A DNA stretch of 32,000 bases from the NCBI RefSeq assembly GCF_000091665.1, contig NC_000909.1, positions 122,871 to 154,870 on the forward strand. The letters run 5' to 3'. A model generated the notes under the pieces. That model was not told the DNA's origin and ran no database searches. It saw nothing but the letters and a program-made list of their open reading frames with translations. A program made the position numbers and the translations under genes. Shown piece after piece: positions 8,359-16,670 of this stretch (its first letter is position 1; the number at the start of each line of letters is the position of its first letter). The DNA is from Methanocaldococcus jannaschii DSM 2661 (GTDB taxonomy: Archaea; AGJL01; Methanococci; Methanococcales; Methanocaldococcaceae).

Positions 8359-8473
8359 GGATAGGAAATGCATTTCTGCTCATAAGTTTATCTCTATATA
8401 ATAATTTCTACTTAGTTTAAGCAGTAAGCATTTTATATGCTTTTTTAAAGAATATTAAAATACTACAAAAACC

Positions 8474-8582
8474 TATAGTTTTTTGCAAAAGTCATTAAAA
8501 TTCATAATGAAAATTTGAACGCCTTCCTTTGGAAGGCGTTCATTAATGCCTTATCCATCTTAAATATTTGCAAAAAACTATA
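8474..8582. repeat. Long-stem palindromic element: 16-bp outer inverted repeat plus a central 11-bp GC hairpin
   Basis: TATAGTTTTTTGCAAA (8474-8489) pairs with TTTGCAAAAAACTATA (8567-8582). The centre is GAACGCCTTCC-TTT-GGAAGGCGTTC (8517-8541). It ends 2 nt before the purP SD AGGTGA. Confidence 0.7.
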
Positions 8583-8596
8583 ATTAGGTGAAATAA

Positions 8597-9682
8597 ATGA
8601 TTTCAAAAGATGAGATTTTAGAGATTTTTGATAAATACAACAAAGATGAGATAACAATAGCAACATTAGGAAGCCATACCTCTTTGCATATTTTAAAAGG
8701 AGCTAAATTAGAAGGCTTTTCTACTGTTTGTATAACTATGAAGGGAAGAGATGTTCCATACAAGAGATTTAAAGTTGCTGATAAATTTATATATGTTGAT
8801 AACTTTTCTGACATAAAAAATGAAGAGATTCAAGAGAAATTGAGAGAGTTAAATTCTATTGTAGTTCCACACGGCTCTTTTATTGCATACTGTGGTTTAG
8901 ACAATGTGGAAAATAGTTTTTTAGTCCCAATGTTTGGGAATAGGAGAATATTAAGATGGGAATCAGAGAGAAGCTTAGAAGGAAAGCTGTTGAGAGAAGC
9001 TGGATTAAGAGTTCCTAAGAAGTATGAAAGCCCAGAAGACATTGATGGAACAGTTATAGTCAAATTCCCAGGGGCAAGAGGTGGAAGAGGTTACTTTATA
9101 GCTTCATCAACAGAGGAATTTTATAAAAAAGCTGAGGATTTAAAGAAAAGAGGAATATTGACTGATGAAGACATAGCCAACGCACATATAGAAGAGTATG
9201 TTGTTGGAACTAACTTCTGCATACATTATTTCTACTCTCCATTGAAGGATGAAGTTGAGTTATTGGGAATGGACAAGAGATATGAAAGTAATATAGATGG
9301 TTTAGTTAGAATTCCAGCAAAAGACCAATTAGAGATGAATATAAATCCAAGCTATGTGATTACTGGAAATATTCCAGTTGTTATTAGGGAGAGTTTATTA
9401 CCTCAAGTCTTTGAGATGGGGGATAAGTTAGTTGCTAAGGCTAAAGAGCTTGTTCCACCAGGAATGATTGGACCTTTCTGTTTGCAGAGTTTATGTAATG
9501 AGAATCTTGAATTAGTTGTCTTTGAAATGAGTGCAAGAGTTGATGGTGGAACAAACAGCTTTATGAATGGTGGCCCTTACTCTTTCCTATACAATGGAGA
9601 GCCATTGAGTATGGGGCAGAGAATTGCAAGAGAGATAAAGATGGCTCTACAATTAGATATGATTGATAAGATTATTTCATAA
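8597..9682 (+). CDS. purP: 5-formaminoimidazole-4-carboxamide ribonucleotide (FAICAR) synthetase PurP, ATP-grasp
   Basis: 361 aa. IATLGSHTSLHILKGAKLEGF N-terminus and the ATP-grasp core are typical of archaeal PurP. AGGTGA SD is upstream. Confidence 0.85.
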   Translation: MISKDEILEIFDKYNKDEITIATLGSHTSLHILKGAKLEGFSTVCITMKGRDVPYKRFKVADKFIYVDNFSDIKNEEIQEKLRELNSIVVPHGSFIAYCGLDNVENSFLVPMFGNRRILRWESERSLEGKLLREAGLRVPKKYESPEDIDGTVIVKFPGARGGRGYFIASSTEEFYKKAEDLKKRGILTDEDIANAHIEEYVVGTNFCIHYFYSPLKDEVELLGMDKRYESNIDGLVRIPAKDQLEMNINPSYVITGNIPVVIRESLLPQVFEMGDKLVAKAKELVPPGMIGPFCLQSLCNENLELVVFEMSARVDGGTNSFMNGGPYSFLYNGEPLSMGQRIAREIKMALQLDMIDKIIS

Positions 9683-10051
9683 GTTAGTATCTTGTGAAAA
9701 ATTTAATATTGCTTAGCTTTATTTCTTTAAAACTTTATTCGTTTATTTAGAGGTTTTAAATTTAATTTCTAAGGGTTTGCTGGTTTGATTGTTTAGAATA
9801 TTTAACTTAATCAAATTATTCAGATTTTTGAAAATTAAGATTAATTAGGCAAGTAAATAAAATTTCTCTAACTAATAAGTTAAATTTTTGGATTTAAAAA
9901 GATAAGAATGCTCTGTTTTATTAAAGGGAGAAAATTTTAAATATTAAAAGGTTTATATTATGGAGTAGTTACTTACCCTTAGAAAAATATGGTATAGAAA
10001 AGCTTAAATATTAAGAGTGATGAAGTATATTATGTTGTGAATGATTGCCCT
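9683..10051 (+). promoter_or_regulatory. CRISPR leader (AT-rich, about 370 bp) with a candidate TATA box TTTATATTA at 9952-9960
   Basis: It lies on the side of the array carrying the intact consensus repeats; degenerate repeats are at the far end. It contains no ORF. The TATA-like motif is about 90 nt upstream of repeat 1. Confidence 0.6.
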
Positions 10052-11130
10052 ATTAAAATCAGACCGTTTCGGAATGGAAATCAGGGAGGTAGGAGGGAGG
10101 TTCTCCTTGGATTTCTATTAAAATCAGACCGTTTCGGAATGGAAATCTATTAAGTCCCATGCAGACCTACCAATACGTTCATAGTAAGGCCTAATTAAAA
10201 TCAGACCGTTTCGGAATGGAAATTATGTTACAAAAGTTGGAGAGGAAGATTTAAAACTTGATTAAAATCAGACCGTTTCGGAATGGAAATTTAATTCTAA
10301 TGCCTTGTTTTTTACATCTTCTGGAAATTAAAATCAGACCGTTTCGGAATGGAAATGTCTTTAATTTCATCTCTATAGCTTCTTCTATTGCTTTAAATTA
10401 AAATCAGACCGTTTCGGAATGGAAATAATGTAAATTTAAAAATATAACGTTGCAAATAAGGAATTAAAATCAGACCGTTTCGGAATGGAAATCAGTAGTT
10501 AAAACTTAAAGCACAAAACACCTTCATTCCATTAAAATCAGACCGTTTCGGAATGGAAATGAAGTATTTTTATCTTTTGCGATATTTTCTATAATCTCAT
10601 CAATTAAAATCAGACCGTTTCGGAATGGAAATTATTTTTGTTGTTTAAATCTATTGTGTATAATGTGGTAATTAAAATCAGACCGTTTCGGAATGGAAAC
10701 TTTTTGCTTCATTTTCATTTAAATTAACTATAAAACAGTAATTAAAATCAGACCGTTTCGGAATGGAAACATGGAGCAAAACAACATATTGTTTTAATAG
10801 TGGATGATTTTTAATTAAAATCAGACCGTTTCGGAATGGAAACGCATTACAGAATTTATATTATTTATATACTGTTTATGATTAAAATCAGACCGTTTCG
10901 GAATGGAAACAAAACACCACCTTCAATAAACTTATCAATTTGATATTTATTAAAATCAGACCGATTCGGAATGGAAATTGTATTAATTCCAGTTGTAATA
11001 TTTGATAATGAGACATTAAAATCAGATTAAAATCAGACCGTTTCGGAATGGAAACTTTATCTAATTTAACCCGCTTATGGTTTTAGATGAACCCCGCTCC
11101 ATTAAAATCAGACCGATTCGGAATGTGAAA
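10052..11130 (+). CRISPR. CRISPR array: 16 repeats of 30 bp and 15 spacers of 35-47 bp
   Basis: Repeat starts: 10052, 10117, 10194, 10261, 10327, 10397, 10463, 10531, 10603, 10671, 10741, 10814, 10881, 10949, 11026, 11101. Consensus ATTAAAATCAGACCGTTTCGGAATGGAAAT. Repeats 10-13 and 15 end in C. Repeats 14 and 16 carry CCGATTC. Repeat 16 is further degenerate (GAATGTGAAA). All spacers are unique. Confidence 0.97.
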
Positions 11131-11243
11131 ATCCCTTAGCTTTTTTTATATTGTCTTATTAATAGGATAGAAATCTGTAAAAATAGAGTTATTTAGATTT
11201 AATGATAATTGCAACATAAAAAAGTATAATGTAATTAATTATT

Positions 11244-12104
11244 CTATTTAGCCCCATTCTCCTGTTTTACTGGATATGGCATAAATTCAACTGTTCCCCT
11301 TTGTCTTACTGGTTGCTTATACAATTCCATTAATGTATAAACCTCTTCAGGAACATTCGTATCTACATCTAAACCAAGTTCTTTAGCTTCTTCAACAGTT
11401 ATTGGATAGTCATGAGTCCATCTTCCTTCTGTTAATATCTTAGACAATTCTTTGGCTTTTTCTTCTCCATACTTATCCTTCAATAAATTATATACAAAAT
11501 TTTGAACTTGATTTATTGCTTTTTTAGCAATATCTGCCAATATTAATGTTTGGTCGTCTGCTTTATCAGCCCCTTTCTGCTCTACAGCTTTAACTATACT
11601 TGGAGCAGGATATTGCCCAAGTTGTGGGTCTACAGGTCCCAAAACTGCATTTTCATCCATGATTATTTTATCTGCAGCTAAAGCTATTAAAGTTCCTCCA
11701 CTCATTGCATAGTGTGGAACTATAACTCTCGTCTCTGCTGGATGAGCTTTTAATGCCTTTGCTATTTGAGTAGCTGCCAAGACTAAACCTCCTGGTGTGT
11801 GTATAATTAAATCTATAGGTTTATCTTTTGGAGCTGCCCTTATGGCCCTCAAAATCTCCTCACTATCTTCAATTGTTATAAATTTATAAACTGGAATTCC
11901 AAACAAGCCAATACTCTCCTGCCTATGTATCATAGTTATTACTGTTGAATTTCTTTTATTTGATAGCTCTCTAAGTATTTTTAATCTTGCAAGTTGTAAT
12001 TGCTTATACTGTATTTGAGGAGCCATAATTAAATAAAAGAACAAAAGCCACCAAATTAATGAGCTAATAAAACCACTTAATGGGTCCATTTTCTCCCCCC
12101 ACAT
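11244..12104 (-). CDS. Membrane-anchored ClpP-class serine protease (SDH / SppA-like family)
   Basis: 286 aa. N-terminal TM helix, then IHTPGGLV and MSGGTLIALAADK blocks of the ClpP/crotonase-fold peptidases. The likely start is ATG 12089, preceded by GGGGGGAG. Confidence 0.65.
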   Translation of the reverse strand: MWGEKMDPLSGFISSLIWWLLFFYLIMAPQIQYKQLQLARLKILRELSNKRNSTVITMIHRQESIGLFGIPVYKFITIEDSEEILRAIRAAPKDKPIDLIIHTPGGLVLAATQIAKALKAHPAETRVIVPHYAMSGGTLIALAADKIIMDENAVLGPVDPQLGQYPAPSIVKAVEQKGADKADDQTLILADIAKKAINQVQNFVYNLLKDKYGEEKAKELSKILTEGRWTHDYPITVEEAKELGLDVDTNVPEEVYTLMELYKQPVRQRGTVEFMPYPVKQENGAK

Positions 12105-12123
12105 AAATAAAATGAAAGTTCTT

Positions 12124-12172
12124 TTAGATTATCTTTCTCATCCAATTATCTAACCTCTCTAAAAAGTTATCT
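12124..12172 (-). pseudogene. Displaced original 3' end of the CobQ-like gene (reads ...[15 protein letters not shown])
   Basis: Positions 12139-12172 are 34/34 identical to 12267-12300, inside the intact gene. Hand-translation continues in frame to a stop at 12124-12126. Confidence 0.7.
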
Positions 12173-12266
12173 CCCCATAGGGCTATCGCCCTATTGGTAT
12201 ACCCGGGATGCATTGCCTCGCTTACGCTCGGCAATGCCTCTTAAATTAATATTTATTAATATTTTC
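12173..12266. repeat. GC-rich bipartite palindromic element, copy C (94-bp insert bounded by 34-bp direct repeats)
   Basis: Hairpin 1 is ATAGGGC-TATC-GCCCTAT (12177-12194). The linker is TGGTATACCC. Hairpin 2 is GCATTGCC (12210-12217), loop TCGCTTACGCTC, GGCAATGC (12230-12237). The AT-rich tail 12246-12266 encodes the C-terminus now in use, ENINKY*. Confidence 0.8.
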
Positions 12267-13694
12267 CATCCAATTATCTAACCTCTCTAAAAAGTTATCT
12301 TCCTCATCCTTTATATGATTATTTATTTCAACCTCTGGGATTTCTATTTCTAAATCAACATTAAAGGCATTTCTGCAGAAGCTTTCATAATCAATCTCTA
12401 CTTCTGGAATTAGTCCCCTACTCTCATTAGCTATTTTTCCAACTCCATAGAGCTTTATGTTATGTTTTTCAGCCAAACTTTTTAATTTATTGAAAGAGTT
12501 CCAATCATAGACTTTATTTAAAATTACTCCTTCAACTTTAATCCCAATATCTTTGAGTAGGCTGTAATAAGCCATTGCCTCTACAAAAGCTCCCTCTATC
12601 CCACTTATATTGCAAGCACTTACTATATAAACTGGAAATCCAAGCTTTTTGGCTATTTGATAAGAGGAAATATTTTTTAATGCTGCAGTAAAAGCTCCCA
12701 TAACCCCTTCAACAATTATGTAATCATAATCTGACTTTTTTATATAATCTAAAAATTTAGAAACATCAACCCATCCTCTCTCTCCAATCTTTATGCTGTT
12801 GTATTTTGTCATCTTCTCTCTCAATAAATAAAGAGCTGGCACTATATCCCTAACATCCCCGCCAATCTTAGCAACAAAAACTCTTCCATTTAATTTTGAT
12901 GATAAAGCAGTTGTTAAAAACGTCTTTCCACTGTTTGATGATGTTGCCAATAAAATAATCCCTCTTTTTTTATTAACATCTTTTTTATTATTCTCTTTTA
13001 GTAATTTTGGGTTTAATCTATATTTTAAAGCCCTCTTTTTTAATTCATCTTTTATAATCTTATTTTTTTCAAATATTTCCTCTTTCTCATCCTCTGTAAC
13101 TCCCAAATGTTTTAAAAAATTGTCTCTGACAAATTCATTATCTAAGAAGTTATGAACCATTGTTCCAAACACTTTTCCTTTAAAAGCTCCAGAGATAATT
13201 TCTTTTTCAGCTCCAAGTTTATAATTTAGCTTTTTTACTTTTGAAACTGTTAGAATTTTAGTTTCTTTATCAACTACCTCAATATTTCCATAAGTATGGC
13301 AGTGAAACCCTTCTCCCTTTCCCTCTCCAAATATTGATTTTTTTACTTCAAATTCTACTCTATCTGTGCAAACTAATGGAGAAAACTCAACATCCAACAA
13401 ACCTAAGCCCTCTTTAATTATTGGAACGCTGCTTTTTCTTCCAATGTCTATCTTTTTAGCTAATATCTGAAAACCACTGCAAATGCCAATTATATACCCA
13501 TTAAAGTTAATTATTTCTTTTTTTAAATCATCATTTAATGATTTACTTTCAATTAAACTTCCTCCAGGTATTATCAAAGCATCTAAATCTTTAATTTCTT
13601 TATAATTATTTTCAGTTATAATCTTTGTTGGTAGATTGCCGAAATCTTCAAATAATGGAAGAGACCCCTTAATATCCAAAATACCAATTTCCAT
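12246..13694 (-). CDS. CobQ/CobB-like glutamine amidotransferase with permuted domain order (GATase N-terminal, DTBS/CobQ-type P-loop C-terminal)
   Basis: 482 aa. The N-terminal half has IIPGGS, GICSGFQ (nucleophile Cys) and HNFLDNE, as in the CobB/CobQ GATase domain. The C-terminal half has ATSSNSGKT (P-loop) and VEGVMG. Confidence 0.6.
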
Positions 13695-13743
13695 TGGATA
13701 TCACCAAAAATATTTGTTATAAAAATTTCAAATTGGGATATAA

Positions 13744-14373
13744 ATGAACTTAAAAGATAGGCGGTTAAAGAAAATAATGGAAGTATTGAGTTTAATTTTT
13801 ACATTTGAGATAGTCGCTTCTTTCATTCTCTCAACATATAATCCACCGTATCAAGACTTACTAATAAAGTTAGATTATATCTCTATTATGTTCTTTACAT
13901 TTGAGTTTATATACAATTTTTATTATGTTGAAGACAAGGCAAAGTTTTTTAAAGACATTTACAATATTGTTGATGCCATAGTTGTTATTGCTTTCTTACT
14001 GTATTCTTTACAGGTATTTTATTCAAAGGCATTCTTAGGACTTAGGGTTATAAACCTACTAAGAATTTTAGTTTTACTTAGAATAATTAAGTTAAGAAAG
14101 TTAGAAGAAAATCAGGCATTAATAAACTTTCTAACATTATTAACAATTTGCTTTATTGCTTCCTGCTTAATATGGATTGTCGAATCAGGTGTAAATCCAG
14201 CAATAAACAATTTCTTTGATGCTTTTTATTTCACAACAATATCAATAACAACGGTTGGTTATGGAGATATAACACCAAAAACAGATGCTGGGAAGCTAAT
14301 AATAATATTCTCAGTCCTATTCTTTATATCTGGTTTAATAACCTCTTTACAAAAGGCATTAAAGGGAGATTAA
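13744..14373 (+). CDS. Six-TM voltage-sensor-type K+ channel (MVP-like)
   Basis: 209 aa. S4-like LRVINLLRILVLLRIIKLRKL with basic residues at every third position. Selectivity filter TTVGYGD. Confidence 0.85.
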   Translation: MNLKDRRLKKIMEVLSLIFTFEIVASFILSTYNPPYQDLLIKLDYISIMFFTFEFIYNFYYVEDKAKFFKDIYNIVDAIVVIAFLLYSLQVFYSKAFLGLRVINLLRILVLLRIIKLRKLEENQALINFLTLLTICFIASCLIWIVESGVNPAINNFFDAFYFTTISITTVGYGDITPKTDAGKLIIIFSVLFFISGLITSLQKALKGD

Positions 14374-15375
14374 ATGGAAACTTATGAGAAGATAGAGCTT
14401 GGTATAATAGTTATCATCTTACTCATCTTAATTGAATCAGTAATATTAATGACAGTTGAAGGCTGGGACTTTTTCACAGCCTTTTATACTGCTGTTGTTA
14501 CAATATCAACAGTTGGTTATGGAGATTACACTCCACAAACATTTCTTGGAAAACTTTCAGTTATAATTTACATATTTGCAGGTGTTGGAGCAGTTGCATA
14601 TACTATGGGAAACATTGCAAGTTTTTTCATTGAAGGGCATTTTAGAAAATACTTCAGGTTGAGAAAGATGATGGACAGAATTAAAAAACTAAATAACCAT
14701 TATATCATCTGCGGTTATGGAAGATTAGGAAAAGTAATAGCTGAAGAGTTTAAAAAATGTAATATTCCATTTGTTATCATTGATTCAGATGAAAAATTAT
14801 TAGAAGAAGCTCTTGAGAAAGACCCAAATCTTATCTGCATTGTTGGAGATGCAACATCAGACGATATTTTAAAAAAGGCAAAGATTGAAAAAGCTAAAGG
14901 ATTGATTTCAGTAGTTTCATCAGATGCTGAAAACGTTTTCATAACCTTATCAGCAAAAAAGTTAAATCCAAACATCTACATAGTCGCAAAAGCAGAAAAG
15001 CCATCAACGTTGGATAAACTAATAAAAGCAGGAGCTGATAGGGCGGTTTGCCCCTATATAGTTGGAGGAATGGAAATTGCAAGAATAGCTATAAATCCCG
15101 ATATTGTTGAATTTATCCATTCCTTAGTGGCTACAGAAGAGGATATGGAAGTTAGAAGATACATTGTAAAAAATAAAGAACTTGATAACAAACTTTTAAA
15201 GGATTCTGGCATTAGGGAAAAAACTGGAGCCACAATTTTAGCAGTTAAAAAAGGAGATAAAACAATTACAAGTCCTCCTCCTGACACAGTAATTAATATT
15301 GGAGACATCATTTATGCCTTTGGGACTAAAGAACAGCTTGAGAAGTTAAAAAGATATGTTGAGGGAGTAGAATAA
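14374..15375 (+). CDS. Two-TM K+ channel with a C-terminal RCK/TrkA-N domain (MthK/MjK-like)
   Basis: 333 aa. Filter STVGYGD. Rossmann motif ICGYGRLG plus a TrkA-C-like tail. ATG immediately follows the stop of the upstream channel gene (TAAATG). Confidence 0.85.
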   Translation: METYEKIELGIIVIILLILIESVILMTVEGWDFFTAFYTAVVTISTVGYGDYTPQTFLGKLSVIIYIFAGVGAVAYTMGNIASFFIEGHFRKYFRLRKMMDRIKKLNNHYIICGYGRLGKVIAEEFKKCNIPFVIIDSDEKLLEEALEKDPNLICIVGDATSDDILKKAKIEKAKGLISVVSSDAENVFITLSAKKLNPNIYIVAKAEKPSTLDKLIKAGADRAVCPYIVGGMEIARIAINPDIVEFIHSLVATEEDMEVRRYIVKNKELDNKLLKDSGIREKTGATILAVKKGDKTITSPPPDTVINIGDIIYAFGTKEQLEKLKRYVEGVE

Positions 15376-15409
15376 ACTAAAAATAGAAAATGGGGCTCGG
15401 GAGATACAA

Positions 15410-15434
15410 ATGAAACTTTTAGAAAAAGTTTCAT
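15410..15434 (+). terminator. Perfect 11-bp stem hairpin ATGAAACTTTT-AGA-AAAAGTTTCAT downstream of the K+ channel operon
   Basis: Read directly from the sequence, 35 nt after the stop at 15375. Function is inferred from position alone. Confidence 0.25.
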
Positions 15435-15473
15435 CAAAATGGAATGGGTATTCAGAAAAAGGTCTAAAATTAT

Positions 15474-15549
15474 TGGTGGGCTCGGCGGGATTCGAACCCG
15501 CGACCACCGCCTTGTGAGGGCGGCGTCATAGCCACTAGACCACGAGCCC
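15474..15549 (-). tRNA. tRNA-Val (anticodon CAC), CCA encoded
   Basis: Folded by hand as a 76-nt cloverleaf. Acceptor GGGCTCG/CGAGCCC; anticodon stem CCGCC/GGCGG; loop CTCACAA; T arm GCGGG-TTCGAAT-CCCGC; 3' ACCA. Confidence 0.93.
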
Positions 15550-15600
15550 ATCTAATAAGTTTTAACTGATGTTTGAATATAAAATTTTTATGGTATTGTA

Positions 15601-15962
15601 AGAGATTGTCAAGTTAGTGATTTCACCCAATTATAGAACATCATGAAGCTTTTTATCCAACTAACAACCGTATCGAATTTACTATTACTTGGAAATCTAT
15701 TTAAAACCTCTTTAATCTTGTGATAATAAATTCTAACCGATTCGTGGCTTATGTCTTCGAATTGGGAAAGGAATAAACTTACCTTCCTTAACGATAACCC
15801 GAGGTAGTATAAAAGCCCTGCTAAGATTTTAACCTCTATCGATTTCCTATTCCTTTTAAAAAGCTTCCTCTCTACGATTCTCTCCTTTATAACTTCTATC
15901 GTGAGCCTCATAGTTTATTATTTTTTATCAATATTTAATAAAAACTTAACTTGACAGTCCCT
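15601..15962 (-). mobile_element. Internally deleted IS6-family element (ISAMJ1-like remnant) with 18-bp imperfect terminal inverted repeats
   Basis: Left IR AGAGATTGTCAAGTTAGT (15601-15618) against the reverse complement of 15945-15962, AGGGACTGTCAAGTTAAG: 14/18 match. About 360 bp, too short for an autonomous IS. Confidence 0.65.
15609..15911 (-). pseudogene. Truncated IS6-family transposase (HTH N-terminus joined to the C-terminal tail; DDE core missing)
   Basis: [34 protein letters not shown] resembles the IS6/IS240-type N-terminal HTH (YYLRxxLSxRDISxxL...HxTVxRW). At 100 aa it has no room for a catalytic domain. Confidence 0.55.
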
Positions 15963-16049
15963 ATAATAAGTTTTAAAATTCACTTGTTCTAACTCTAATA
16001 TAATATTCACTATATCTAATAAATACTTTCTAACTATGGGAGGGATAAT

Positions 16050-16670
16050 TTGCTTCCTATTTTGTTATCTTTTGAAGGAAAGAAAGTGGCAGTATTTGGT
16101 TGTGGAAGTGTAGGAAAAAGGAGAGCTAAGAAAATATTAAAAAGTGGAGGGATTGTTGATATATACTCTAAAGAATTTGATGAAGAAATAAAAAAATTAA
16201 AAGAAAGCAATAAAAATCTAAATTTAATTGAAATTGATATTAATCAGTTAAGTGATGAAGAGCTAAAAAATATTATAATGAAGTATGATTTTATAGTAAC
16301 AGCTATCAACGATGAAATTAATAAGAGAATTGTTAAATTAGCTAAAGAGCTAAACAAATTTGTAAATTCTTCAACAAAGACAGAAGGAGTTAATTTTATC
16401 ATCCCTGCTTATACAGAGGTTGATGAAGTAATATTCAGCATATACACAAAAGGAAAAAGTCCTTTAATAGCTAAGCATATAAGAATTTTTGTTGAAAACT
16501 ATCTAAAATCAACTGACATAAATATGATAGCCTATATAAGAGAGTTTTTAAAAGAGACAATTCCTAAACAGAAAGATAGGGAAAAAATATTAAAAAAGAT
16601 TTTTGAAAATGAAAAATTTAGAGAAGAATTAAAAAAATTAATAGAGAAGTGGGAAAATGGAAATCATTGA
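16050..16670 (+). CDS. Precorrin-2 dehydrogenase / sirohydrochlorin ferrochelatase-like (SirC / CysG N-terminal domain family)
   Basis: 206 aa. N-terminal Rossmann motif KVAVFGCGSVGKRRAKKIL. TTG start preceded by GGGAGGGA. Confidence 0.7.
   Translation: MLPILLSFEGKKVAVFGCGSVGKRRAKKILKSGGIVDIYSKEFDEEIKKLKESNKNLNLIEIDINQLSDEELKNIIMKYDFIVTAINDEINKRIVKLAKELNKFVNSSTKTEGVNFIIPAYTEVDEVIFSIYTKGKSPLIAKHIRIFVENYLKSTDINMIAYIREFLKETIPKQKDREKILKKIFENEKFREELKKLIEKWENGNH

Noticed and set aside
8474-8582. Long hairpin in the purP leader as a purine riboswitch
   Set aside because: The same architecture recurs at a ferredoxin 3' end and inside the ATPase-downstream element block. It therefore behaves as a repeat family, not a gene-specific ligand sensor, and no known purine-riboswitch core motifs are visible.
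729-9063. Assorted 60-90-aa ORFs antisense to or out of frame with annotated genes (729..929, 949..1167, 3253..3450, 4898..5086, 6644..6832, 6929..7192, 8584..8814, 8830..9063, and similar ones later in the window)
   Set aside because: They have low-complexity, Phe/Ser/Ile-rich translations typical of the antisense of AT-rich coding DNA. They have no SD motifs and are fully overlapped by genes with clear family motifs.
10017-10051. Possible C/D-box sRNA in the CRISPR leader (GTGATGA at 10017-10023, TGAATGA further on)
   Set aside because: No CTGA D or D' boxes at the required spacing, and no terminal stem. It is most likely just leader sequence.
15391-15401. TGGGGCTCGGG resembling the tRNA-Val 3' acceptor end (TGGGCTCGGCGGG), as a possible att-site duplicate left by an integrated element
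   Set aside because: Only about 9 matching nt, and only 80 bp from the tRNA with nothing element-like between them. This is too short to distinguish from chance.
15312-15551. 79-aa minus-strand ORF from the track
   Set aside because: It is made up largely of the tRNA-Val gene (15474-15549) read as protein. No SD is present, and the composition reflects the GC-rich tRNA.
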